Sequence record: PV037725.1
Strand: one strand, 5' to 3'
DNA: 64,000 nucleotides
Made by a program: the position numbers and the translations under genes. Under the pieces are notes generated by a model that saw only the letters and a program-made list of their open reading frames with translations, was not told the origin of the DNA and searched no databases. Numbering within the stretch: the first letter of the stretch is position 1; each line of letters begins with the position of its first letter. This document shows, in pieces, positions 9,512 through 19,124 of this stretch.

Positions 9512-9916
9512 TTAACGACACTTGTGCTCAGCACAGTACCACAACAAAGACTTGATATCAGCTTCAAGTTTTTCATCAGTACCATAGTTGAGCCAGCAGG
9601 GCATTGTTCGGATAATCCGATGTGCCATACGATCGCTATTTAGATTCACTTTATCCACCGTAGGAATATTCTTCCAGATAATATTCCCGAATAATGTTGG
9701 AAGCTTCATAGCGTTCGAATCCGCGACCAACTGCATACGCTCATTCAGACGACAAATACTACTTGTGTCATCTGAACTACACTTAACCAATTGAGCGTGC
9801 AGTGAAGCTATTACACACATTCTTCGAAACCCGACATCACTTTTTTCCCACAATCCGTGCCAGATCATGAGTAAACGGTGACGGCAGGCCGCTCTGAACT
9901 TTGTAATCAGATTCAT
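9512..9916 (-). CDS. Hypothetical protein
   Basis: 134-aa ORF downstream of RNase H. Confidence 0.6.
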   Translation of the reverse strand: MNLITKFRAACRHRLLMIWHGLWEKSDVGFRRMCVIASLHAQLVKCSSDDTSSICRLNERMQLVADSNAMKLPTLFGNIIWKNIPTVDKVNLNSDRMAHRIIRTMPCWLNYGTDEKLEADIKSLLWYCAEHKCR

Positions 9917-9926
9917 GAGTTACCCA

Positions 9927-11375
9927 CTATTTTTTCAGTAAGAACTGAGTGTACGGTGATCCAAAGATAGCATGGCCATCTTCGGCCGTAAACACAGTCG
10001 AGTATGAATAGGCGCACGGCCCCAACGGGATAATCATCAGCTCAACCTTGATGCCATCACAGGCCATTCTATTAAGTTGATTTCGGGACGGAATGTCAAT
10101 AGCGAGACACAGCTTGATATTGACTTTCTGACCCTTGAACTTAATTGGAATGTCAAGGTGTGTAGTGTTTTGAGTGATGCTTTTCTTTAGCTGGGTTACC
10201 GTCTTCTTACCTTCAACGACTTCGTAAAAGTCTGTGGTAATGTCAACTAGATCCACCGAACTCCCAAGTTTACCATCAATGTATTCGTTGAGACGACGTT
10301 CCATTTGAGTGAACTCATTTACAGCGTCGTTTGCCATCCTAGGCGGATTGAGAGTTTTACTAATCAACCCCATTTCTGGAGTTGCCAGTACATGGATATC
10401 ATCAAACTTTAGCAGACCAGCTACACCCATCGTTTCGATAGTTTGACGGTAACTAGCTCGACAGGCATTTGCTAAGTTGAGAATACCCAATTCTGGAAGG
10501 TCCGTACCGAGTGCTTCGGTATGGAGTTGCTTAAGGGTTTCGAGGTATTCATCGAGTTCCTTAGCCTTATAGACACCGAATGTGGCTTCTGCAATACGAC
10601 GACCAAACAACAAGTCAGCTTTCGCCAGCTTATCTTTAGATGTGTCACGTGGCTTAAAGCCAGCGTTATGCATACGACCGAGGTTGTAAGTATAGTAAAC
10701 ACCGTCTGGTACAAGGCCCGAGTTGATGCCAAACACCATACGTGTTTCCAGTAGTAGTGGCGAGATAGGTTTCTTCTTGAGCTTGGTGACTTTCTCACCA
10801 TCGATCATAACCTTTACTGGTGCTGCCGTATCAGCCGCTCCGCCACGAATAGCGTTCTGGTCTGCCTTGTCATTACCAATATCATTACTATGGCCTTTAA
10901 CCCATTCGACTTTTAGTTTGTAGCCACGGTCATCCCATTTCTTTTTCAGATCGAGTAGTTCAAGCCAAAGCTCTTTATTCTCTCGTGGAGTGCCGTCGGT
11001 CTTGACCCATTTCTCTTTGATCCATTTTTGGACCCACTGCGTCAAGCCCTTGATTACATACGTTGAGTCTGGCCGCATTACAAAGCTTTGTGCACCAGAC
11101 TCAAAAGCGAGTTTAAATCCTTCAATGGCGCCGGTTAACTCCGCCGTATTATTGGTAGCCCGTCCTTCTACCTTACCAAATGCGTCGATGAACTCGATAA
11201 CGGTGCAAGTCTCATCTAACGCTACTTCTTTATAACCCTCTGCGGTCGGCTGTTGCTTAGTCGTAGCCTTGGATGTCATGGGCTTGTTATGGTAAGTATA
11301 ACCATGGACACCCCATCCGGCAGAGTTCTTTTGGAACGACCCATCTGTGTATAACACTATTCCATCGCACATCAC
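9927..11375 (-). CDS. rnhA: Ribonuclease HI with long C-terminal extension (phiKZ gp155-like)
   Basis: LYTDGS, ATNNTAEL, DSTYVIKG..QW..KW, NKELWLEL, VEWVKGHSNDIGNDKAD: complete RNase HI motif set. Confidence 0.92.
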   Translation of the reverse strand: MMCDGIVLYTDGSFQKNSAGWGVHGYTYHNKPMTSKATTKQQPTAEGYKEVALDETCTVIEFIDAFGKVEGRATNNTAELTGAIEGFKLAFESGAQSFVMRPDSTYVIKGLTQWVQKWIKEKWVKTDGTPRENKELWLELLDLKKKWDDRGYKLKVEWVKGHSNDIGNDKADQNAIRGGAADTAAPVKVMIDGEKVTKLKKKPISPLLLETRMVFGINSGLVPDGVYYTYNLGRMHNAGFKPRDTSKDKLAKADLLFGRRIAEATFGVYKAKELDEYLETLKQLHTEALGTDLPELGILNLANACRASYRQTIETMGVAGLLKFDDIHVLATPEMGLISKTLNPPRMANDAVNEFTQMERRLNEYIDGKLGSSVDLVDITTDFYEVVEGKKTVTQLKKSITQNTTHLDIPIKFKGQKVNIKLCLAIDIPSRNQLNRMACDGIKVELMIIPLGPCAYSYSTVFTAEDGHAIFGSPYTQFLLKK

Positions 11376-11416
11376 AAGATACCTTCACTATTAAATAAGC
11401 TGCTCTAGATCATTAT

Positions 11417-11839
11417 CTAACGCAGTAGTTTCTTAGCACAGGTCTCCATCCACCGCTGGTGGGCTTGCTCGAATTTGGAGTAGATCCCATCGATGTGCGT
11501 TTGAAGCTCTTTCATCTTTGTACTGATAATTCGGTCTGATGTTGCTAGATCAGTGGCAGCCGCCAAATCGGCGTCAGTTAAGTACATAGGTTTAAGAGCA
11601 TCACGGGGGAGGGCGAAAGTATCACAGTCAGCTAACGTACGCTGGCTAAGATGATGCTTTACCTTCGGGTCAACCCGTTTCGACACCTCAGTCGTTTTTT
11701 GTTCTAGTCGGGTGTTAAGCGACGAGGTAGATTCATAATGAACCACCGTTTTCTGATTGTCATCGACGTATGTCGGTGCGTAAACCACGCACGCGGAAAG
11801 GGTAAGGCATACGCCTAAGATTAAAGCTATTCTAGACAT
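11417..11839 (-). CDS. Lipoprotein, candidate o-spanin
   Basis: MSRIALILGVCLTLSA|C lipobox; two further Cys; in-frame starts up to 11854. Confidence 0.6.
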   Translation of the reverse strand: MSRIALILGVCLTLSACVVYAPTYVDDNQKTVVHYESTSSLNTRLEQKTTEVSKRVDPKVKHHLSQRTLADCDTFALPRDALKPMYLTDADLAAATDLATSDRIISTKMKELQTHIDGIYSKFEQAHQRWMETCAKKLLR

Positions 11840-11861
11840 GTGGTTCATCCCCATAAAGGTC

Positions 11862-12146
11862 TTATTTCAGAATGTCACCGAACACTTGACGACGTTTCAA
11901 CAGAGTGTCTGCGATCTGGTCATCAGGCTTGGCACACATACTCGAGGTGAGCATGCGGTTCTCTGACTTAATTACGCTAAGCTCAACAACAGTGTAAACC
12001 TGCATGAATGCAACACAGCATAAACACAAGTACACGACAGTGATGTGCAAATTTGCCAGCACGATTTCTTTAAAAGTCATGTCCCCAAAGAGCGCACGCT
12101 TAAAGAAGGGCCAAAAAAGGAGCAAGGCTCGAATAGTCAAACTCAC
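11862..12146 (-). CDS. Small membrane protein, candidate i-spanin/holin-like
   Basis: Hydrophobic helix IVLANLHITVVYLCLCCVAFMQVYTVV followed by a polar tail; directly upstream of the lipoprotein. Confidence 0.5.
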   Translation of the reverse strand: MSLTIRALLLFWPFFKRALFGDMTFKEIVLANLHITVVYLCLCCVAFMQVYTVVELSVIKSENRMLTSSMCAKPDDQIADTLLKRRQVFGDILK

Positions 12147-12333
12147 CGGAATATCCTCAGGTCAGTAATAAACTAAGCCTACCCATGTAACCATAAAGGC
12201 TGAAGCATAGACTTGCTGACGGTATTTATCATACTTGCGTATGACTGTACCCGACGTTTTATTTTAACGCAAGCAGAATTACTGATTGTATAGATGGTGT
12301 TCCATCCAAAGCTCTACTCACGAGGAAGGTACA

Positions 12334-13644
12334 ATGTACGAATTGAAAGGCTTTTTTGAATATCCGGCGTATATCAATAATACGGCGGATACTGTAGCTG
12401 TACTCGGTGAGATCTCCGATAACAGCTTAACCTATGCAAAAGACAAGACTATCCTTACCGGGTCGTCCACCCCAAACGTAGGTCTGATCTCATTTCATAG
12501 TGTAAGGGACGAAACTGTCGTTCCCGTCGATGGTCCTTACTATGAACAAACTCTAAAGCTTGGTGAGTATATCTTCAACCAGGCTCAGGCTGGCACCATT
12601 ACGAACAATCCTACCGCACTGCGCCAGATGATCATGGCTGAGTTCGTTGGCATCGTACTGGAATTTAACTCGGGTGTAATGAAAACCAACGGTAACGTTT
12701 GGATGCCTGAGTACATCGAGGTTAAACTCGCTACCACCGATAACGAAGATAACCGTGTTATCGTTTGGTTGTCAGATGATTCATTCTCCGCGCAGTACGA
12801 CGGATACATCATCGAGATTATCCAACCGATCTTACCTGTTGACGATTTCTTTAAAGACCCTTTGGTAGTTAAGGAACTGTTAGATTCATATAACATCGTT
12901 GAGAAACTGGAAGATGCGCAGCTTCGTCGGGCACAATACCCGTACACCCACCTGCGTGCATTTGAGTTCGACTATGTTCATCCAGGTGATCCGACTAAAC
13001 GTTATCCAGCTAAGTGGCTGGTATTGATCTATGGCGAAGCAGGTAATAACCCTGACTTGATCAAAGATGCAATCGTAAAAGACATTCTCGATAACTCGAC
13101 TCATCCACGTGAAGATTGGGAAACCATTCTCCCGGATTTGTTTCTGACCACCGAGTTTATCTTTACCCCACTTTGGAATAAGTACTCGGTACCTAACTCT
13201 GATTTCCGTGCAGGTCTGTACTCACCGGTGTTTGACCCTAATGCTGATCTGCGTTATGTATTACGCACTGCACGTGGTCCAGCTTACACTGACGTCTTCG
13301 TACGTGCCAACTGGCAGTCGAGTGTTAACATCTATAAGTCTCTGGCTTTCGGTGTTGTTGGTAACCCACAGAACCGTAATGGTGTAACTAAGTTCTATAC
13401 CAAGTTCCCAGACTACGTTGTATCTGAAGTCGGTACGGGTGATGCTAACCGCGTCAGCCCAGATACTTTGGAATGGATGCTGTTGTTCTCGACTCTGATT
13501 AAAGCCGCTGAAACAATGACCCGCTACACTAGCGTACCGCCAAAGGTTTCCCGTATGGTGCGTGATGGTATTGTCTACGCTTCTGCTTTCTTTAAGAACG
13601 TCAACTATCTGGTCGTTACAAAGTCCTCGGTTGAATCGATCTAA
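12334..13644 (+). CDS. Virion structural protein (phiKZ gp157-like)
   Basis: ATG 12334 after GAGGAAGG SD; MYELKGFFEYP start; first gene of a structural operon. Confidence 0.65.
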   Translation: MYELKGFFEYPAYINNTADTVAVLGEISDNSLTYAKDKTILTGSSTPNVGLISFHSVRDETVVPVDGPYYEQTLKLGEYIFNQAQAGTITNNPTALRQMIMAEFVGIVLEFNSGVMKTNGNVWMPEYIEVKLATTDNEDNRVIVWLSDDSFSAQYDGYIIEIIQPILPVDDFFKDPLVVKELLDSYNIVEKLEDAQLRRAQYPYTHLRAFEFDYVHPGDPTKRYPAKWLVLIYGEAGNNPDLIKDAIVKDILDNSTHPREDWETILPDLFLTTEFIFTPLWNKYSVPNSDFRAGLYSPVFDPNADLRYVLRTARGPAYTDVFVRANWQSSVNIYKSLAFGVVGNPQNRNGVTKFYTKFPDYVVSEVGTGDANRVSPDTLEWMLLFSTLIKAAETMTRYTSVPPKVSRMVRDGIVYASAFFKNVNYLVVTKSSVESI

Positions 13645-13648
13645 ACTG

Positions 13649-13670
13649 GGAGAGGGAAACCTCTCCTTTT
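13649..13670 (+). terminator. Rho-independent terminator
   Basis: GGAGAGG-gaaa-CCTCTCC-TTTT. Confidence 0.75.
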
Positions 13671-13685
13671 ATAACGGAGCCCCAC

Positions 13686-14171
13686 ATGAAAACTTTTGAA
13701 TTACCGTTGAATGTAAACACGTTGGGTTCCGACCCCATCCTACATTTATACAACGCTTTGATTGCAACCTATCCAGACGACGGGTTAACCCGTGAGAACT
13801 CACGGATCTTAAAGATCCAACCTTCGGCTACATCGACCTACCCTAACCTGACCTACCTAAGGATTCAGAAAGGCGATGACCCACAAGACATCTACGAATA
13901 CTATTACAACCGTTACAACATCAATGACTATTTAACCAATCCAATCTTTACCACAAGTGAAGCTTTGCAAGCATCTAAGTTACCCAACTCAGTTAAACTG
14001 GTCGATGCTATTTCGGCCAAGGTACAACTCAATTTCTTGGGTAGTGATTTCTGGACCAGCATTAATAGTCTTGACTATAGTGGTGGTACCGTTACACCTA
14101 ACTGGCTGATGCAATCTACTTACGACTCAGTATACTGGTGTGGCAGTATGTATGTATGGTTACATACCTGA
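13686..14171 (+). CDS. Putative virion structural protein
   Basis: GGAG SD; YYYNRYNI...SVYWCGSMYV resembles a domain recurrent in phiKZ-like tail/baseplate proteins. Confidence 0.55.
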   Translation: MKTFELPLNVNTLGSDPILHLYNALIATYPDDGLTRENSRILKIQPSATSTYPNLTYLRIQKGDDPQDIYEYYYNRYNINDYLTNPIFTTSEALQASKLPNSVKLVDAISAKVQLNFLGSDFWTSINSLDYSGGTVTPNWLMQSTYDSVYWCGSMYVWLHT

Positions 14172-14202
14172 TCCAATCTTATAATCTTTAAGAGTTAGTG
14201 AT

Positions 14203-14829
14203 ATGGCAAATAACAACCTAGTTCCACCAGTAGGTACGAAAGGCCGCTATGTATTAAAGCCTCCCTTCGATGCTGCGATGGTACCGAACAAACTTTACAC
14301 GTTAGATGCTGACCGAACATTCGGCGAGATCGATACCTTTGGTACTAACATCTATACACAGTTCTACCTACCTTACAGTATCCCTGAAACGCAGGTAAGT
14401 ACCGACCGGGCCGCGGGTGCACGGATCATCACACTGATGACCGACGATGCCCCTCCTTTATATGTGCCGACATCGTTCGTACAGTCATACCCAGACTTGA
14501 ACTATAAGCCGTACAACCAGTACATGGCCGTATTGAGTTTTGGTCCAATGGCTGAAGACACGCTATTTGAACCAACCGTTCAAGCTTTGAAGAATACCGT
14601 AAGTGAGTTCTTAGGTGTGGAACCTGAGATTCATATTGCATTCACCCCATTGTCAGACGTTATTACTCCGGAGCAACACGACGCGCTGGAAGCGACTCGG
14701 CAAGCAGCTATTAGCAATCGCAGTACAGACTACGCTAGACTATACGAGTCCCAAGCACAGGTAGCATTACTGCAACAACGCATCACCATCCTTGAGAAGA
14801 TCGTCAAAGACAACGGTCTACTTGATTGA
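14203..14829 (+). CDS. Conserved phiKZ-like virion protein
   Basis: PPVGTKGRYVLKPPF, LYVPTSFVQSYP, C-terminal coiled coil; structural operon context. Confidence 0.6.
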   Translation: MANNNLVPPVGTKGRYVLKPPFDAAMVPNKLYTLDADRTFGEIDTFGTNIYTQFYLPYSIPETQVSTDRAAGARIITLMTDDAPPLYVPTSFVQSYPDLNYKPYNQYMAVLSFGPMAEDTLFEPTVQALKNTVSEFLGVEPEIHIAFTPLSDVITPEQHDALEATRQAAISNRSTDYARLYESQAQVALLQQRITILEKIVKDNGLLD

Positions 14830-14872
14830 CAACCTTATGTAGAACTACATCCTTATTACCCGGAGTAATGAA

Positions 14873-16720
14873 ATGGCACGAGTTAACCTTTTCGATTTTA
14901 CTGGCTCGATCTCGAACGAGTCCGTAACCCACGATAATGCAGAGAGCGTAGCGCTCAACGCAAAGAATGATTTGCCTAAGCAGGTACAAGAAGATGCCGA
15001 CGCCGTACACGTCGACAAAGATGTATCCGCTGAAGCTTCGAACACCAAGACCAGTGAACCAGGCCCTAAAGATGGCGGTGGTGATGGCACGGCTGATTTC
15101 CAAGCAGCTGACAAAAGTAAAGTAGATATCGACGTTACTGACGTAGACCCTAAGGTCGCTCATGACCAAAATGGTGGTCGCGATATCGATACCCTGCCTA
15201 ACAAGGTTAGTGCTAAAGATGGCTTGAGTTCTAAAGACATCAGTACTTCGGTAGAAGAACACACTGATAAAGCTGAATCCGAATCAGAAGAAAGCGAACT
15301 GGAATCGATCGATGCATCTGGCGCTGAAGTAGTTGGTGCTGCTGATGACATGATCCAAGACCTCGACAGTGAAGAACTGGAAGTAGCTGGGTTGACTGAT
15401 GCTGCTGATAAAGGTATCTCTGAAGCTGACGCAGCTTTCGCCAAGGTTGACGAACTCAACAAAGGCGTCGCGTCGGTAGAACGTTATCTGGGTCTGTTGA
15501 ACCGTCTGGATGAAACCGGTCGTGCAATGTCCCCTGAATTGCGTCAGTCGATTAGCTGGGCTCTGGAAGCTATTGACTCCGAACTGTTCTTTGACGAACG
15601 TGTAGCGCTTGAATCCTTCGATCCATCCGCTCGTGTTTCCTTGGAGGCTAGCGATATGGTTGTTGCCGGTGCTCGTCAATCTCACGGTGAGATCGATGAC
15701 GGTGATGATCCAGGTTCGGTAGCTAAAGGTATCAGTGGTAAACTGAAGCAGCTGATTGATGCTGGTATTCGCATGTTCTGGCGTGCAGTTAACGCTGTAG
15801 TTGATGCTTACCATGCACTGACTAGCAACATGCCTAAGATCCGAGATCACTTGTCTGAACTGCGCGCTAAAGCTAAGATCCTCGACGGCGGTAAAGAATT
15901 CCAAATGAAAGGTGCGCATCGCCTACTCATTGGTGATGAATTCGTCGGTGACTCCCGTCAAGCAATTGACAAGGTGTCCAAGACTGCTAACGAGCTGTTG
16001 CTGGCATGGCCTAACCAACTGGGTAAACTGATCAAAGAATGGCAAGACGGCCGCACTGGTCTGTTTGGTGCCTTCCTCGGTAAATCCGACCAAGGTAACT
16101 ACAGCAAACTGATCGACGGTGTGGGTGATCTGATGGATCGTTCGTTCCGTGGTATGCAATCGCTGAATCCTTCTGATCGTGACAAAGTGCCATCTGGCTT
16201 CTTGAATGCTACCCGTGTTCACTGGTCTGGTCCACTGCCTGGTAACCGTGCACTGTACACCGGTGTTAACGATAAAGGTAACCACGTTGAACAGTCCATG
16301 ATCAACCAGTCGGTAATGATTAACTTCTCCGCCATTCCAGGCGAAGACACCAGTTCCGAGGCTGTTAGTGTAGCTACCCCATCCGGTGGCGAGGCTATCG
16401 CTATCATCCGTGAACTGGAGAAGCTGACCCATTTCATCGACGATGCTAAGAAAGGTATGGCTGAGATTAAGAAGATGGGCGAAGAAGCATTCGGTGAGTC
16501 CGTCCAAGACCTCTTGGGTATGGGCGGTGCTAATGAATCTAAGATGATGGCAGGTATTATGATGATGGGTCTGGCTTCGGCTACTACCCAATCTCAGTCT
16601 CAGTTCTTCGGATACTTGACTGGCATGATCAAATCGTACATCGGCTTCATCTCGGCTTCCTTGAAAGCTGAGGGTGGTAGCCAAGACGACATCGAAGGTT
16701 CCGCCACCCGCGTAGCGTAA
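14873..16720 (+). CDS. Internal head (inner-body/ejection) protein with acidic propeptide (phiKZ gp162-like)
   Basis: Long D/E-rich N-terminus with ALE|S and SLE|A prohead-protease-type sites, then a helical domain (GKLKQLIDAGIRMFWRAVNAVVDAY). Confidence 0.7.
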   Translation: MARVNLFDFTGSISNESVTHDNAESVALNAKNDLPKQVQEDADAVHVDKDVSAEASNTKTSEPGPKDGGGDGTADFQAADKSKVDIDVTDVDPKVAHDQNGGRDIDTLPNKVSAKDGLSSKDISTSVEEHTDKAESESEESELESIDASGAEVVGAADDMIQDLDSEELEVAGLTDAADKGISEADAAFAKVDELNKGVASVERYLGLLNRLDETGRAMSPELRQSISWALEAIDSELFFDERVALESFDPSARVSLEASDMVVAGARQSHGEIDDGDDPGSVAKGISGKLKQLIDAGIRMFWRAVNAVVDAYHALTSNMPKIRDHLSELRAKAKILDGGKEFQMKGAHRLLIGDEFVGDSRQAIDKVSKTANELLLAWPNQLGKLIKEWQDGRTGLFGAFLGKSDQGNYSKLIDGVGDLMDRSFRGMQSLNPSDRDKVPSGFLNATRVHWSGPLPGNRALYTGVNDKGNHVEQSMINQSVMINFSAIPGEDTSSEAVSVATPSGGEAIAIIRELEKLTHFIDDAKKGMAEIKKMGEEAFGESVQDLLGMGGANESKMMAGIMMMGLASATTQSQSQFFGYLTGMIKSYIGFISASLKAEGGSQDDIEGSATRVA

Positions 16721-16729
16721 GGAATCAGT

Positions 16730-17923
16730 ATGATTACCCGATCCGAGTATAAGACACTTGTGCACGATTGGGAAAAGACTGGTAAGCTATTTGCTTCATT
16801 GGAACGATACCAAGCTATCTTGGGTGACAATGAAGCAGCTAGCGAAGACGTTGCATTTGTTATGAGTACTGCTCTTGAGAACATCGACCCTGAGTTCGAT
16901 ATCAAAGAGGGTAGTACTATTACACTGCGAGCCATTAAAGAAGCACTCGTTGCAGCCGCTAAGGTGACATGGGAAATCCTTAAACAGATCTACCAATACC
17001 TTAACGCACTGTATGTTCGATTCACTGGTAGTATCCGCCGCGTGCGTGCTAACCAGACTCGGGTAATGCGTAAGCTGGGTGCTTTGGGTTCTAAGACATC
17101 GTATTCATCCACTATTAACGTGGCTGGTTTACAACGTCTTAGTGTGGATGGTAAATTTGTGGGTATGGATATGGATAACCTTAAAGACATTAAGGATATC
17201 ACTAACTATACTCTCACCGTTTACCCACGTTGTGTTACGCAGATTGCACGTAACTGTAGCCGTCAATTCCTAAACATCCTCGACCGGGCAACTGGCGAGA
17301 ACAACAAAGAAATCGCTCACGACATCGTTGAAGTTGTAGCTGAAACCTTTGACCGGACTTTCCGTGAACCACCAAGTGCTACCCATGTACGTCAAGGTGA
17401 GATCGGTGGGCAAGTTAAGAACCTGAAACGTGGCGCTGCCTTGGTAGGTAACTCGTCGTTTGTCTACACTGACCCTAAAGCGATGGTAGGTGAATTCCGT
17501 AGAACCAACTCCGATACAGCCGCCGCCGTAGCTAGCGCGTTACACATGAACTTCCAGGAACTCAGCCTTAACGTAGCAGATAAGTCTGAACGTGAGATTG
17601 ACTTACCAACGGTTCGTGAGCTGACTGCTCTAACTGAAGAGATTGCACGTATCCTGACTATGGCTGAGAAAGCTGATTCGGGTCGTCAAGACTTTAATTC
17701 AGTTAAGACCGTAGTCGATGATGCTATTCGTCAAGCAATGGACCGTACTGAAAACCAATCTCTGGTTCCAGTCACCCAACTCGTAATGACAATCTCTGGT
17801 GAGATCTCTAAGAAGCTCGCTGAGCCGATGGATAACTTCATGCATTGGTTGGCCATTACGTTGAACGTTTGGTTGAACTTTATTGGTCACTGCGCTGATC
17901 ACTATGAGCGTGAAGGTATCTAA
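16730..17923 (+). CDS. Internal head protein, paralogue of upstream gene (phiKZ gp163-like)
   Basis: SLE/ALE sites near N-terminus; same LK..W..L..I...L..L..RF..S helical pattern as upstream gene. Confidence 0.65.
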   Translation: MITRSEYKTLVHDWEKTGKLFASLERYQAILGDNEAASEDVAFVMSTALENIDPEFDIKEGSTITLRAIKEALVAAAKVTWEILKQIYQYLNALYVRFTGSIRRVRANQTRVMRKLGALGSKTSYSSTINVAGLQRLSVDGKFVGMDMDNLKDIKDITNYTLTVYPRCVTQIARNCSRQFLNILDRATGENNKEIAHDIVEVVAETFDRTFREPPSATHVRQGEIGGQVKNLKRGAALVGNSSFVYTDPKAMVGEFRRTNSDTAAAVASALHMNFQELSLNVADKSEREIDLPTVRELTALTEEIARILTMAEKADSGRQDFNSVKTVVDDAIRQAMDRTENQSLVPVTQLVMTISGEISKKLAEPMDNFMHWLAITLNVWLNFIGHCADHYEREGI

Positions 17924-17962
17924 CGACATAAAGCCCAGCCTAGTGGCTGGGCTTTATGCTGT
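17923..17962. terminator. Bidirectional hairpin terminator
   Basis: ACGACATAAAGCCCAGCC-tagt-GGCTGGGCTTTATGCTGT. Confidence 0.85.
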
Positions 17963-18228
17963 CATGAATCAGTTGTGTAGTTAGGACGACCTGTTGCTTG
18001 GTCACCACAGCTGGCCAGTGAGCCTGCCATACAGACGGGTATCCCACTAATGAATACCTTAGCTGAACCAGTTACCATTACAGCACCTTGGTGTGTCCCA
18101 GGGCCGTGTGGGGCTACTTCACAACCCACTACTGCAACTGGGTTACCAAAGTAGAACACTTTGGTATTAGGCCCAGGTTTTATAACACCACCAGCGGTGT
18201 CGATGTTACATACTGAGATACCTGCCAT
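17962..18228 (-). CDS. PAAR-repeat spike tip protein
   Basis: TAATG-coupled start at 18228; [40 protein letters not shown]. Confidence 0.88.
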   Translation of the reverse strand: MAGISVCNIDTAGGVIKPGPNTKVFYFGNPVAVVGCEVAPHGPGTHQGAVMVTGSAKVFISGIPVCMAGSLASCGDQATGRPNYTTDS

Positions 18229-19067
18229 TATACGTAATCCCACTTAACACACTTGGCTGTAATCTGAGGTGCGTCCAATGTAATAGTTGCACTACCTTTG
18301 ATAGTCGTATTATCGGAGTCACTCATTACAGTGTTAGTTTTAGAAGTAATAGCGGTCGGTGTCCATTTATGTGTGGTACTACCTACCGTCATTTGGATGT
18401 ACTCGTCAGCCTTCATGTCAATGAATTGTTTCTCCATGTTAATGAAGGAGTCGTTTGCATTGCGTAGCCGAAGTCGAGTTTCTTTAGAGTTCAATTCAAA
18501 GAAGTTACCAACGTCGTCAGTGATATTTACATTACCCTCTTTGGTATTGATCTGGATAGTGTAAGCGTAAGGTTCACCATTAGCCTTAGTGGTTTGTAAG
18601 TTGACGTAGCCGTTCAAGGGTGAGATGATCGATGTGTAGCAACCATCCATTGACAGCCCAGACCCACCAGCTTTAGGTGTAGCCCCGTAAGCATTCACAA
18701 CATGCTCTAATGTCCGAAGACCGTTACGCATGTTCATACTACGCCAGAAGTACTTAGGTGAATTACCTAGGCGATAGATCTCAACTAGTTCACCACGGCG
18801 CACGTCTGGTGGCGTAACACGGTTATCATCAAATGGATACCATTCACATTCGAGGTCACGTGTCATTGTAGCTTTTACTTCATAAGCATCGCCTTTTGCA
18901 TCGATACCTTTAAGAATGTCTTCAATTGGATTATGGGTTACCTCACCGTCGGTACCTGATGCAGACTCAACGGGCAGGGCTTGAATCAAACGAGAATTAT
19001 AATCTTTGTTCTTGGTAACGTAGCCTACACTAAACAAAAATAGTGAGGATTTAATGTCTTTAGCCAT
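18228..19067 (-). CDS. Baseplate central spike (gp5/gpV-like; phiKZ gp164-like)
   Basis: [20 protein letters not shown]-fold region followed by beta-helix-like repeats; adjacent to PAAR gene. Confidence 0.78.
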   Translation of the reverse strand: MAKDIKSSLFLFSVGYVTKNKDYNSRLIQALPVESASGTDGEVTHNPIEDILKGIDAKGDAYEVKATMTRDLECEWYPFDDNRVTPPDVRRGELVEIYRLGNSPKYFWRSMNMRNGLRTLEHVVNAYGATPKAGGSGLSMDGCYTSIISPLNGYVNLQTTKANGEPYAYTIQINTKEGNVNITDDVGNFFELNSKETRLRLRNANDSFINMEKQFIDMKADEYIQMTVGSTTHKWTPTAITSKTNTVMSDSDNTTIKGSATITLDAPQITAKCVKWDYV

Positions 19068-19124
19068 TGTAATAAACCTTTACTTGATAACATTCATCTA
19101 TAGGATTACTTAAGGATCGTCAAA

